From an uncultured Nitrososphaerota archaeon (GTDB lineage Archaea; Thermoproteota; Nitrososphaeria; Nitrososphaerales; Nitrosopumilaceae): a stretch of DNA of 64,000 nucleotides. The notes beneath the pieces are model-generated. The model made no database searches. It saw only the letters and a program-made list of their open reading frames with translations, and was not told the DNA's origin. A program made the translations under genes and the position numbers. Below are positions 11,681 through 21,305 of this stretch, one piece after another. Each line of letters starts with the position of its first letter. Positions within the stretch are counted from its first letter, which is position 1. The stretch covers positions 1-64,000 of the forward strand of contig CAWGPD010000001.1 in assembly GCA_963824385.1 (NCBI GenBank), written 5' to 3'.

Positions 11681-12526
11681 ATGAACTCTCTTCAAAAAAC
11701 CATCAAAGATATACAAAAAATTAATATCCAAGGAGCAAATGAGATTGCAATTTACAGTCTTGGTTTTTTAAAACAATATGTCAAACAGCATGGTGTTGGA
11801 AATGATTTTGAAACTGTTGCAAAGAAATTAGAAAAAGTACGCCCAACTGCTGTAGTTTTACACAATTGTCTTGAAATTCTAAAGAAAGAGAGAAAAATAT
11901 CCACAATAGACAAGATGATAAAAAATCTCAATACTGCAAGAGAGAAAGAATCAAAATATTCAGACAGGATTATTCATTCTCAAAGTGTGATAATGACATA
12001 TTGTCATTCCGGAGAAGCCATGTCATTTATCAAACATTTTTGGAAAAAACACAAGAAAATCTCTGTAATTGCATGCCTGACTGAACCTAAACATCAAGGA
12101 GTTCGCACAGCAAAAGAGATGTCTTCAAGCGGCATACCAGTTACCCTGATAAATGATAATGCAATTGGGCATTTCATCAATGGTGTCGATATGGTCATAG
12201 TTGGTGCAGATGCACTCAGACTAGAAGGAGTTGTAAACAAGATAGGAACTAGACTTTTAGCAACTGCTGCATCAAGTGCTCACAAGCCATTTTACGTAGT
12301 TGCAAACTCTCTCAAGCTTGATACAAGAGAGAATTTCAAAATCGAAGAAAAATCTAGCCGAGAAATTTTTAGAAAAGCACTCGACAAAGGAAAAATTAAA
12401 GGAATCAGTATACGAAACCCTGCCTTTGATGTCACTCCATGGGAATTAGTAACATCGGTTATCACTGAACGCGGAATAATATTACCAGGGAAGATAAAAA
12501 AGGAATTATTATATGAAAAAAATTGA
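11681..12526 (+). CDS. Ribose-1,5-bisphosphate isomerase (eIF2B-like family)
   Basis: IQGA, RPTA, TYCHS (catalytic Cys), GAD (catalytic Asp), NKIGT, NPAFDVTP; operon context. Confidence 0.85.
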   Translation: MNSLQKTIKDIQKINIQGANEIAIYSLGFLKQYVKQHGVGNDFETVAKKLEKVRPTAVVLHNCLEILKKERKISTIDKMIKNLNTAREKESKYSDRIIHSQSVIMTYCHSGEAMSFIKHFWKKHKKISVIACLTEPKHQGVRTAKEMSSSGIPVTLINDNAIGHFINGVDMVIVGADALRLEGVVNKIGTRLLATAASSAHKPFYVVANSLKLDTRENFKIEEKSSREIFRKALDKGKIKGISIRNPAFDVTPWELVTSVITERGIILPGKIKKELLYEKN

Positions 12527-13820
12527 TTGGTATTCAGATTTTGTAGATTTAAGATTTAGACCGTCAAAGACTGATATTGTTTGCCTATTCAGATTTGAAC
12601 CTGCCAGAGGCATTTCTGTCAAGGAAGCTGCTGGCAGAATCGCATCAGAGAGTTCTGCAGGAACTTGGACTACATTAACCAGAGTTCCATCCAGACTGGA
12701 TAAAATGATGGCAAAATCTTTTGAAATAAAAGGAAATTTTGTTAAAGTTTCATATCCAATTGACTTGTGGGAGGAAGGCAATGCATCGCAACTGTTGAGC
12801 GGAATTGCAGGAAACATCTTTGGCATGAAGGCTTTGAAAAATCTAAGACTTGTTGATGTCTCTCTTCCCAAAACATATCTCAAGTATTTTAGAGGTCCAC
12901 AGTTTGGAATTGATGGCATTAGAAAACTCTTGAAAATAAAAAACAGACCAATAACAGGCGCTGTAGCAAAACCAAAGATTGGCTGGAGTGCAAGTGAGCA
13001 TGCCAAGATATCTTATGAGACATGGATGGGGGGATTTGACTTGGTCAAAGATGACGAGAATCTTACCTCAACTTCATTTAACAGATTTGAAGACAGAATT
13101 AGACTATGCGCAAAAATGCGAGACAAGGCAGAAAAAGAGACAGGTCAGAGAAAATCTGCACTAATCAACATAACTGGCGAGACAAAACTTATGGAAAAAC
13201 GAGCCAAGATGTTACACGAACTTGGATGGGAGTATGCAATGATAGACGTGGTAACTGTGGGGGTATCTGCAGTGCAGACATTACGTGAGGTGTGTCAGGA
13301 TTATGGACTAGCAATTCATGCGCATCGTGCCATGCATGCCGCTTTTGACAGAAATCCAAGACATGGAATCACAATGCTAGTTCTTGCAAAGATAATGAGG
13401 ATGATTGGAGTTGATCAGATACACATTGGAACAATAGTAGGCAAATTGGTTGGAAGTAAAGATGAAGTTCTTGACATTAAAGATGAGATTACAACCAAGA
13501 CAATATTTGAAAAAAATCTCAGAGGAAGCACCAAGATACTTTCTCAGGACTGGGCAGATTTTAAACCAGTATTGCCCATCTCGTCAGGTGGACTACATCC
13601 AGGTTTACTGCCATCTGTTATGAATATTCTTGGAGACGATATTGGCCTACTAGTAAGCGGAGGAATTCATGGTCATCCCCAAGGAACTAGATCTGGTGCA
13701 AAGGCTGCAATGCAAGCAATAGAGGCAGCCATGCAAGAAATTCCATTACAGACATATGCAAAAACTCATCTTGAATTAAAGCAATCACTTGACAAATGGG
13801 GCTTTAGAAAACCAAAATAA
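12513..13820 (+). CDS. rbcL: RuBisCO large subunit, form III-type, intact
   Basis: ASESSAGTWT, AGN, KPK, DLVKDDE, HAHRAMH, loop-6 VGKL, SSGG, SGGIHGH all present; no rbcS nearby. Confidence 0.95.
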   Translation: MKKIDWYSDFVDLRFRPSKTDIVCLFRFEPARGISVKEAAGRIASESSAGTWTTLTRVPSRLDKMMAKSFEIKGNFVKVSYPIDLWEEGNASQLLSGIAGNIFGMKALKNLRLVDVSLPKTYLKYFRGPQFGIDGIRKLLKIKNRPITGAVAKPKIGWSASEHAKISYETWMGGFDLVKDDENLTSTSFNRFEDRIRLCAKMRDKAEKETGQRKSALINITGETKLMEKRAKMLHELGWEYAMIDVVTVGVSAVQTLREVCQDYGLAIHAHRAMHAAFDRNPRHGITMLVLAKIMRMIGVDQIHIGTIVGKLVGSKDEVLDIKDEITTKTIFEKNLRGSTKILSQDWADFKPVLPISSGGLHPGLLPSVMNILGDDIGLLVSGGIHGHPQGTRSGAKAAMQAIEAAMQEIPLQTYAKTHLELKQSLDKWGFRKPK

Positions 13821-13856
13821 GATATGCCCAGTCAAATAAAAAATTGAATTGATTGA

Positions 13857-13872
13857 TTATCACATGTGATAT
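13857..13872. promoter_or_regulatory. TTATCA-N4-TGATAA operator (1 mismatch)
   Basis: TTATCACATGTGATAT upstream of CBS gene. Confidence 0.65.
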
Positions 13873-13914
13873 TTAATCGATCAAGTAAAATACCGTGAAT
13901 TATAGACAACATTC

Positions 13915-14681
13915 ATGGGATCGAAGATAGACGAACTTGTAGTTGGCAATTACATGTCAGAGTATCCCATATCTGTCAAGCCAGAAATTCCATTTGAAAC
14001 GGTTGTTGATTTTATGAATGAGAGTAAATTTTCAACATTAATTGTCATGGATGAGACAAATGCATTACCTATTGGGGTTTTTACAGAAAGAGGAATCATC
14101 AAGCATGTGGCATCTGGTAAAGCTGATGAACCAAAGCATCAAACAAGAACTAATCCAGCCATTTTTTTCAGTCACTCCAGACACTACTATAATTGAGGCT
14201 GCAAAATTGATGATATCGAAAAAGGCAAGAATTTTGGTATTTGCAGATACAGACAAACTAATTGGAACTATAACAGCATCTGACATGCTAAGAGCATTTA
14301 GCGAAACAGACAGAACCTCCTAGCCTTGAGAAAGTGATTAGTAAGACAGTTTATCATTGTCCATTTGAAACCACGATTTTAGATGCAGTAAAACTCCTCG
14401 ATGAAAAAAACATCGGCAGCATACTAGTAACACGTGATTCATTGCATGGCATATTTACACAAAGAGATCTGGTCAGAGTTCTTGCAAAGGGAGAAAAACT
14501 GGATAGTAATGTAGGGGACTATTCTTCATTTCCACTTGTTACCGCAAAAAAATATATTTTGGCAAATGAGGCTGCAAAGATAATGACATCAAAGAAGATC
14601 AAAAGATTAGGTTTGACAGAGAACAATTCTGTTGTGGGAATTGTTACTGCAAGAGATGTTGTTGACGCATATCAGATGTAG
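13915..14681 (+). CDS. Four-CBS-domain protein (frameshifted into three ORFs)
   Basis: GVFTERGI, GTITASDM, GIFTQRDL, GIVTARDV CBS motifs. Confidence 0.8.
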
Positions 14682-14777
14682 ATGTTTGTATCACACTAGA
14701 AATAATTCAATTTTTGTGCCAAAGTTAATTGGCAATGATGAGGTATCTTTAATGGCTAGGATGCCGTAATGATATAG

Positions 14778-15274
14778 ATGTCAAAGGAAACACTGGAAAG
14801 CATTGCAACAATTGAAAATGTAACAAAAAAACAAGTGGTGGATGCAATCAAGAATAACAAAAAGGAACAGGATTTGTCAGAACAAAAAACAACTACACCT
14901 AGCATCATAAAAGACAACACTTTAGAGATAATTGAAAAGATTGATTCTAAAATTCCAACATATGTTAAACTTTATTCCGACCTGTACAAAAAATACCTAC
15001 ACATGACAAGTGATTTCTGCACCGCCTCATATTCTACTCAAAAAAAGAGCTCTTTGGTAAGATGGGAGTAAATGATATGCGACTTGAAATGTTTGATGTC
15101 TATTTGGAATCTGTCAAAAAAATGATTCTACTTCAAATAGACATAAACGAAAACATGATCCAGTCCTATGTAGGTCAAAGGCTTACAGTATTGGAATTTT
15201 ATCAACAGACTATGAATAGAAACATTAACAATTTTTCAAAGATGTTCTCGTGGTTTAACGAGTACAAGAAATAG
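14778..15274 (+). CDS. Helical hypothetical protein (frameshift ~15050), possibly phasin-like
   Basis: Two abutting ORFs, amphipathic helical pattern. Confidence 0.55.
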
Positions 15275-15396
15275 TGTAAAAAAAAGATACAAAACTAGAA
15301 AATGGCTAGATGCGGTATTGCATATGATTGCGATTAGAAAATCAAATTTGAAAATCTGAACCTAATTTATAGCCCGGTAAATAGAAATCATACTAG

Positions 15397-15850
15397 TTGG
15401 CAGATTTCACCACTTCAAACATGCTAAGCCTTGCACAAACTATAGGCTATCATAGTCTCACTAGTCATGATGTATTATTTTTCAACGCGTGAAATGCGTC
15501 ATATGGGAAGAGAATTTCAAACACAGATAATTAGCAATATTACAGAAAAGTTGCACCACATAGGGGAGATAATAATTGAACATCCAGAACTGGCCAAGGT
15601 ACTAAACAAAATTGATCCTCCAGAACAAGTGTTTGCCATATACATATTATCAATATATAATCAAGCATTTCAGATGTACAAAAGAAAATTATTAACAGAC
15701 GTAATTTGGGATGGATGGACACGAATGATAAAAAATAGTTTCCGTGATGGCACAGTCAAAGATTATTGGGAAAAGATTAACCAAGATGGAAGATTTAGTC
15801 AAGAGTTTCGAGAGTTCATAAACAAAAAAATAATGAGCGATCTTATTTGA
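15397..15850 (+). CDS. Hypothetical protein with N-terminal TM helix (frameshift near 15450)
   Basis: ORF 15467..15850 plus upstream TTG-started segment; QAFQMYKRKLL..IWDGW motif. Confidence 0.55.
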
Positions 15851-15925
15851 ATCCATTAAAACAATTTGTATTTTTCATCAGATTCTGTTCTATAGATACA
15901 TATTCTTAAAAAAAAGTCTCAAGAT

Positions 15926-16939
15926 ATGGATTCTAATAACTTTGAAGTTAAAGATACAAAGGCAATAGAGACAAGGAATCTGACAAAAATCTATCAGGGA
16001 GACATCCGAGCAGTAGATGATGTGACGCTCTTAGTTAAACAGGGTGAGATATTTGGCCTGTTAGGTCCAAACGGTGCCGGTAAAACTACCATGATCAAAA
16101 TGATTGTAACTCTTGCCAGCATCACATCGGGCAGCTTGAAGGTTTTTGGAATAGATGGTTCCAAGTCTCCAGAAACTGTTAGAAACATGTTGGGATATGT
16201 GCCACAAAGTATCTCAGTTGACACGGATCTTACAGGGTATGAGAATCTGTTAATATTTTCTAAACTATCCTATGTGGACAAGAAGGAACGTAATAGCAGG
16301 ATAAAAGATGCATTAGAATACATGAGTCTAACTGATAGAGCCAAGGATCTGGTCAAGCATTACAGCGGTGGTATGATGCGTAGGCTGGAAATAGCTCAAG
16401 CCCTTGTCAATAGACCAAAAATTTTACTTTTAGATGAACCAAGCATAGGACTTGATCCAACATCTAAGATGCACGTATGGGAAAGCATAAAGCAACTCAA
16501 AGAAAAGTTTGGCACGACAGTTTTAATCACAACCCATGATATGAGTGAGGCAGACGAACTCTGTGATAGAATTGCAATCATGTCAGATGGCAAAATAGTA
16601 GCTTTAGGAAGTCCCACAGAGTTGAAGAAATCAGTTGGTGGAGACATTGTCACAGTAAATCTTACTTTGGTCCCTCCAAATATTACATTTCCAAAAGAGA
16701 TAGGAACAATAATGCATAGTGATGAAAAGTCAATTCAAATTCTGGCGGAGAATGGAGAGGCTGCAATTCCACTTGTTAGCAATTTCTTTCGAGATCAAAA
16801 AATTACAATAGATTCCATTTCAATCAACAAACCAAACTTGGATGATGTATTTGTGAAATATGCCAAAAGGAGACTGCATGAGGAAATCTCTCCCCGTGCA
16901 ACCAGTGCTCGTCGTGATTTTGTGAGGCATACAAGATGA
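15926..16939 (+). CDS. ABC exporter ATP-binding subunit (DrrA-like)
   Basis: GPNGAGKTT, YSGGMMRR, LLLDEPSIGLDP, TTH. Confidence 0.93.
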   Translation: MDSNNFEVKDTKAIETRNLTKIYQGDIRAVDDVTLLVKQGEIFGLLGPNGAGKTTMIKMIVTLASITSGSLKVFGIDGSKSPETVRNMLGYVPQSISVDTDLTGYENLLIFSKLSYVDKKERNSRIKDALEYMSLTDRAKDLVKHYSGGMMRRLEIAQALVNRPKILLLDEPSIGLDPTSKMHVWESIKQLKEKFGTTVLITTHDMSEADELCDRIAIMSDGKIVALGSPTELKKSVGGDIVTVNLTLVPPNITFPKEIGTIMHSDEKSIQILAENGEAAIPLVSNFFRDQKITIDSISINKPNLDDVFVKYAKRRLHEEISPRATSARRDFVRHTR

Positions 16940-17706
16940 ACATCGCAAGATTTCTTTCAAGTGCTGTTACAGTTGCAGAGATGGAGGCAAGAAAGATACG
17001 ACATGATACAACAGAGCTTTGGATAAGAATAGTGCAACCTGCACTGTGGTTAGTTGTTTTTGGAGTTACATTTAACAGCATCAAAGCAATGCCAACTGGT
17101 AGCTTCTCATATATTCAATTTATCACTCCCGGAATCCTGGCCCAGTCTGTTTTGTTTATAGCAATTTTCTATGGCATTACAGTTGTTTGGGAAAGAGACG
17201 TTGGAATAATTACTAAATTACTGTCAACTCCATCCCCACGAGCATCAATTGTTTTAGGCAAATCACTTTCTGCAAGTCTGAAAGGCATGTTTCAGGCAGT
17301 AATGATATTTGCTTTGGCACTTGCACTTGGAGTAAAGATACGACTTGACATACTTGACATACTAGGGGTTTTTGCAGTGGTGATTTTGTTTGCCATGTGC
17401 TTTTCAAGTCTATCTATGCTACTTGCGTCATTTATGAAAACTCGAGACAAGATGATGGGAATTGGTCAAGCACTTACCATGCCGCTCTTCTTTGCAAGCA
17501 ATGCAATATATCCAATTTCAGTAATGCCAGTCTGGCTCCAGTATGTATCTAAAGCAAATCCATTAAGCTATGTAGTAGATGCAATGAGGTCCATGTTGCT
17601 ATCTGGGAATTACGAAAATTTGCCAATTGACATATTGGCATTACTTGTTGCCACTGTAACTTTTGTAGCACTTGCTTCAATAGCAATCAAGAGATTATTA
17701 GAGTAA
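16936..17706 (+). CDS. ABC-2 type permease (DrrB-like)
   Basis: Six TM segments, PGIL, ERDVG, NPLSY.VDA.R; overlaps ATPase stop. Confidence 0.9.
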   Translation: MNIARFLSSAVTVAEMEARKIRHDTTELWIRIVQPALWLVVFGVTFNSIKAMPTGSFSYIQFITPGILAQSVLFIAIFYGITVVWERDVGIITKLLSTPSPRASIVLGKSLSASLKGMFQAVMIFALALALGVKIRLDILDILGVFAVVILFAMCFSSLSMLLASFMKTRDKMMGIGQALTMPLFFASNAIYPISVMPVWLQYVSKANPLSYVVDAMRSMLLSGNYENLPIDILALLVATVTFVALASIAIKRLLE

Positions 17707-17747
17707 TTTTTTACTCACAGTCGCTATACAACCGCTTGAACGTCTAT

Positions 17748-18238
17748 CTACTGAGGAGGAGGTTGTACAATGAGCTGGCCTGTCATAGTGGGTTGATGAA
17801 ATGTACAAATGTAATTAAATATGCCAGTGGTATTTGCATAAAATATTATTGTCTTATTCTCACCTGGGTGTAAAATAACATCAATGTTGTATGGTTTGTA
17901 GATTGTAAACGAATGATTATCTCCGCCAGGTTCTTCAGTGTTAAAAAAATGAATTACCACTTTATCACCCTGGAAGACAGCCATGACAGGATGCTGAAAG
18001 TATCATGTGGCATACCCATTTGGGTCTCATTAAAATCAGGTATTGCACTATTGAACATGTAAAATTCTTTTTTTTGTCCAGCAGCATAGAGTATTTGATT
18101 GTTGTTTGACTGCAGAGTGCTCTGATTATTTGCATGCGATGTAGTTAAGATTGGCATTGCAATAGCAAACAAGGCAATAGCAATTGCAGTTACAGACATG
18201 CCTAGTATTACTATAGTCATAGTATTTGATGCCAACAA
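17748..18238 (-). CDS. Membrane-anchored cupredoxin (type-1 Cu), frameshift ~17990
   Basis: N-terminal TM, HSF and CTFHQPTM ligand set. Confidence 0.75.
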
Positions 18239-18272
18239 AACATTTTCGTCGGCTACATGTTTTAATGATATT

Positions 18273-18298
18273 TACGATTCTCATCAATGAGAATGGAA
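18273..18298. promoter_or_regulatory. 26-bp palindromic operator copy 1
   Basis: TACGATTCTCATCAATGAGAATGGAA. Confidence 0.65.
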
Positions 18299-18309
18299 GG
18301 TAGCATATT

Positions 18310-18492
18310 ATGCAATATACAGAATTGATTACTGTGAACAAAGAAATTATCATAGGAATTGCAGTTGTTATTATTTCTACAACATTAGCATTCAACCAAT
18401 CATTTGAAATAATGAGCATGAGCCTTTCAAGTCAAAAGAATTTCTTCCATGAAAAAACATCTATTAGAGATAAACATGGTAAGACGGTGTAG
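18310..18492 (+). CDS. Small membrane hypothetical protein
   Basis: Single hydrophobic segment, ends 3 nt before next gene. Confidence 0.35.
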   Translation: MQYTELITVNKEIIIGIAVVIISTTLAFNQSFEIMSMSLSSQKNFFHEKTSIRDKHGKTV

Positions 18493-18495
18493 ACA

Positions 18496-18771
18496 ATGGT
18501 CGAATCATCACTTACCAATTATGTACTTGTTGCCGCACATGTAATAGTTGGATTGATTCTCATATTCTATGCCATTAAAGCGTTCAAGAGAACAAAATAT
18601 TTCCCAATGGCCCTTCTAGTAATAGGATTCACACTATTGGTCCTTGGAGAAACTGTAATTGAATACATATTTGCATTTGCAGGAGAGAATTTGGGAAAAA
18701 TAATTGAAGAAGGATTTGAGATATCTGGATTCATCGTACTAATCATAGCAGTCAAGAAAGCTAGGACATGA
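18496..18771 (+). CDS. Three-TM small membrane protein paired with HTH regulator
   Basis: Three hydrophobic helices; ATGA overlap with downstream wHTH. Confidence 0.7.
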   Translation: MVESSLTNYVLVAAHVIVGLILIFYAIKAFKRTKYFPMALLVIGFTLLVLGETVIEYIFAFAGENLGKIIEEGFEISGFIVLIIAVKKART

Positions 18772-19109
18772 CAAATGATGATGAGATCCTAACGGTACTA
18801 GGGGATGAATATAGTAGAAAGATTCTCTCAATACTTGCAAAAAATGAGATGAATACACAAGAAATATCTACAAAACTTGGCATTCCTTCTTCGACAACTT
18901 ATAGGAAGATAAAAAATCTAGAAACTCTTGTACTTATAAAAAAGACCAAGGTCATTCGTACACTTGAAGGTCTTGACGAAAGTTACTACAAGAGTCTAGT
19001 CTCAGGAATAGAAGTAAAGTTCCGAGATGGCGAGATGTCATGTAAAATTGAAAAATTCACCATGGATGAAAAGATACAAAGACTGTGGGAAAAATTCTCA
19101 GAAAAGTGA
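18768..19109 (+). CDS. ArsR-like winged-helix transcription regulator
   Basis: LGDEYSRKIL...EIS..LGIPSSTTYRKI..L. Confidence 0.85.
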   Translation: MTNDDEILTVLGDEYSRKILSILAKNEMNTQEISTKLGIPSSTTYRKIKNLETLVLIKKTKVIRTLEGLDESYYKSLVSGIEVKFRDGEMSCKIEKFTMDEKIQRLWEKFSEK

Positions 19110-19157
19110 GTTGATTTTATTGCAGGATTACTTTCACTAATTCAGTTTATTTGTTTT

Positions 19158-19246
19158 GGGGAAGTGTGGCAGATGAAAGATGAATAGCAAAGTCTATTGT
19201 TGCAGTGATATAAAATAAAGACATTTTCTCATTCTGCCACTTCCTC
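19158..19246 (-). ncRNA. Candidate small RNA (or micro-ORF transcript) with long terminal stem
   Basis: GGGGAAGTGTGGCAGA (19158-19173) pairs with TCTGCCACTTCCTC (19233-19246); TATA-like on minus strand ~19270. Confidence 0.35.
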
Positions 19247-19281
19247 ATTTGTATTTAGTATTTGTCATTTAATTATCTAAC

Positions 19282-19307
19282 TACCATTCTCGTCAACAGG
19301 AATGGTA
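19282..19307. promoter_or_regulatory. 26-bp palindromic operator copy 2
   Basis: TACCATTCTCGTCAACAGGAATGGTA. Confidence 0.7.
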
Positions 19308-19342
19308 ACCAGCTATTATAACTTGCAAAAGAAACAACTAAC

Positions 19343-19572
19343 ATGAATAAAAAAATTCTAGTTGGCATTACTATTGCTATCATTGCAATTGCTGTTGCAG
19401 TGGTAGGTGTCAAAAATACACTTGGAGACAAAGCTGACTGAACTTCCTGGTGAAGAAAATACGGAAAAGGCTCTGAATATTCAAGAGACTAATAAAACCA
19501 CAGTTACCTCAACAGGACCAGTCAGATCAGGATTCTGAGCCATCTGGAGAAGCTGGAGAATCTGGACCTTAG
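19343..19572 (+). CDS. Small membrane-anchored acidic protein (frameshifted)
   Basis: MNKKILVGITIAIIAIAVAVVG then E/G/S-rich tail in shifted frames. Confidence 0.5.
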
Positions 19573-19643
19573 TCTAGCACGCATCCTTTTCTATTTTTTT
19601 TAAAATTCCTCTTCATTTTTCTAAATTTTGTATTTAATTGAAA

Positions 19644-19669
19644 TACCATTCTCGTTTATGAAAATGATA
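19644..19669. promoter_or_regulatory. 26-bp palindromic operator copy 3
   Basis: TACCATTCTCGTTTATGAAAATGATA. Confidence 0.7.
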
Positions 19670-19704
19670 ACTAGACATTATAACCTGAAAAAGAAAAAGA
19701 TGTC

Positions 19705-19992
19705 ATGTCAAAACAACAATACCGTTCCGAGATGGGCATAATCTCAGATATTTTACATGTTACAAAAGACTGTGGTAGACAAGGTGAAATAATATCATCC
19801 ATAGCAAGAAAGGCAAATTTATCACATTATGCAGCGATTGATAAATGTCAAAAGTTGGTTGGTTTTGGATTAATGGAATGTGTCATCAATAAAAAAACTC
19901 AGTCTTTTATTATTACTGAAAAAGGAATCCAGTTTTTCCAGGAAATGCAGAAATTCATTGAAATGATACAGGCAGTAAAAATAAGATACTAA
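19705..19992 (+). CDS. Archaeal winged-helix transcription regulator
   Basis: YRSEMGIISDIL...I.RKANLS.....L...GL....FIITEKG. Confidence 0.85.
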   Translation: MSKQQYRSEMGIISDILHVTKDCGRQGEIISSIARKANLSHYAAIDKCQKLVGFGLMECVINKKTQSFIITEKGIQFFQEMQKFIEMIQAVKIRY

Positions 19993-20020
19993 ACTACGAT
20001 AAAGGACTTGAAAGGGCAAC

Positions 20021-20401
20021 CTAAAGGGATTTCATCATTTTAGTGATTTTATCTACAAAGACAAACGGGTCTACTGATTTGTTCAATTTTGCCAATAAAA
20101 TGCCCATATGGGTTGGAATTGAGACAAATCTTGCATTTTCTCTCTCTGTTATGGTATAATGTACAATACCAAACTCGTAATCAAAATCACTTTGCATAGA
20201 GTTTTGTAGCTGAAGACCCATCGTAAACATCTCCTTTTTGTCTTCAGTCATGTTAATCCCATTTTTGAATATGGATTGTTCTATTCTTCCTTGTTTGTTT
20301 ATCATGCAAACAAATTCCGTACCCTCTGGCGGCATGAATTCATCCAGTAAAAGTACATTTTTTGATATCACATGTTGAGCCATATCTATGCCAGGCTCCA
20401 T
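20021..20401 (-). CDS. Roadblock/longin-like thaumarchaeal protein
   Basis: FVCMINKQGRI...MQSDFD.EFG.V.Y...RE pattern. Confidence 0.6.
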   Translation of the reverse strand: MEPGIDMAQHVISKNVLLLDEFMPPEGTEFVCMINKQGRIEQSIFKNGINMTEDKKEMFTMGLQLQNSMQSDFDYEFGIVHYTITERENARFVSIPTHMGILLAKLNKSVDPFVFVDKITKMMKSL

Positions 20402-20799
20402 ACATTTTCAATCCATTTTGGTCTAATATTGTCTATTCCAGCAATCCAATTTTTACCGCAGTCAAGGCAGTGGCATTTTGGTAATGAATTGCCTTGAGAA
20501 ATTGAGATCTCAGGTGAACAACAAATTGGGCAGAGTAGCAAGTCAGGGCATTTTGGTTGGTGTAGAATGTCCGCACTAGCATTTTCCAATATGACCATTG
20601 CCTTTCTTATCTCCGCCACCTCATTTGCTAGAACTCTACTGGTGTATTCATCTTGATCATGTATCGCATCTATGATTTTGATGAAAAGTAACGAATCTCT
20701 TTGTCTCATCTTTTCTAATATTTCTTTGATTTCAGATTCTTGATCCTGTGAGTTTTTCACAGATCTATTTTGAGTTGCCATCATGGCATTACAATACAA
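20386..20799 (-). CDS. Truncated ESCRT-III/CdvB-like helical hairpin fused to a CxxC...CxxC zinc ribbon
   Basis: KMRQRDSLLF.KII.AI..QD..TSRVLANEVAEIRK resembles CdvB core; CPICC and CLDCG. Confidence 0.6.
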   Translation of the reverse strand: MYCNAMMATQNRSVKNSQDQESEIKEILEKMRQRDSLLFIKIIDAIHDQDEYTSRVLANEVAEIRKAMVILENASADILHQPKCPDLLLCPICCSPEISISQGNSLPKCHCLDCGKNWIAGIDNIRPKWIENVWSLA

Positions 20800-20820
20800 T
20801 AGATTAGATAAAATACCTAC

Positions 20821-20846
20821 TACCGTTCTCGTTGATGAAAATGATA
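20821..20846. promoter_or_regulatory. 26-bp palindromic operator copy 4
   Basis: TACCGTTCTCGTTGATGAAAATGATA, preceded by AAATACCTAC. Confidence 0.7.
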
Positions 20847-20930
20847 GTCAGATAATTAAATACACAATTCCAACTACAAATAATGAAAAAATCAAGACAA
20901 CAGTTTATCATGGAGTGTGCATAGTTCCAC

Positions 20931-21206
20931 ATGCATCTGGAAAAACTGGCACATAGTTTCACCATTGGTGGTACCATGATTGCAATTTTGTTAGTAGTCA
21001 TTGCACTCATTGAAGTTTATCATTTTAACGAACTTGTTGTAGAGTCCCAAAAGACAACTACAGGTTTGACTTTGCTCCTTGATAAAACTAATAGTTTGTT
21101 AACAGAGATGCAAAAATCTACTGCAGGAGTGAATGCTTTAGTCGACAGAACTGATCAATTAATAAAAATTGAAAAAAATACATCTAATATTCCACAACAG
21201 CCCTAA
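20931..21206 (+). CDS. Single-TM coiled-coil hypothetical protein
   Basis: TM helix then repeated QKxTxGLxxLxDxT unit. Confidence 0.6.
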   Translation: MHLEKLAHSFTIGGTMIAILLVVIALIEVYHFNELVVESQKTTTGLTLLLDKTNSLLTEMQKSTAGVNALVDRTDQLIKIEKNTSNIPQQP

Positions 21207-21243
21207 CGAAAAAATTTTTCTTGTTTGATAGTGAAATACCTAC

Positions 21244-21269
21244 TACCATTCCTATTGATGAAAATGGTA
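21244..21269. promoter_or_regulatory. 26-bp palindromic operator copy 5
   Basis: TACCATTCCTATTGATGAAAATGGTA, preceded by AAATACCTAC. Confidence 0.7.
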
Positions 21270-21305
21270 GCATCTGTTTTATTCTGATTTGTATGTTAAT
21301 TATTC

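Noticed and set aside
11681..12526. Translation factor eIF2B or methylthioribose-1-P isomerase
   Set aside because: Context between AMP phosphorylase and RuBisCO and the TxCHS motif favour R15P isomerase.
12513..13820. RuBisCO-like protein (form IV) or Calvin cycle
   Set aside because: Catalytic motifs are complete, arguing against form IV; no phosphoribulokinase or small subunit is in the window, arguing against a Calvin cycle.
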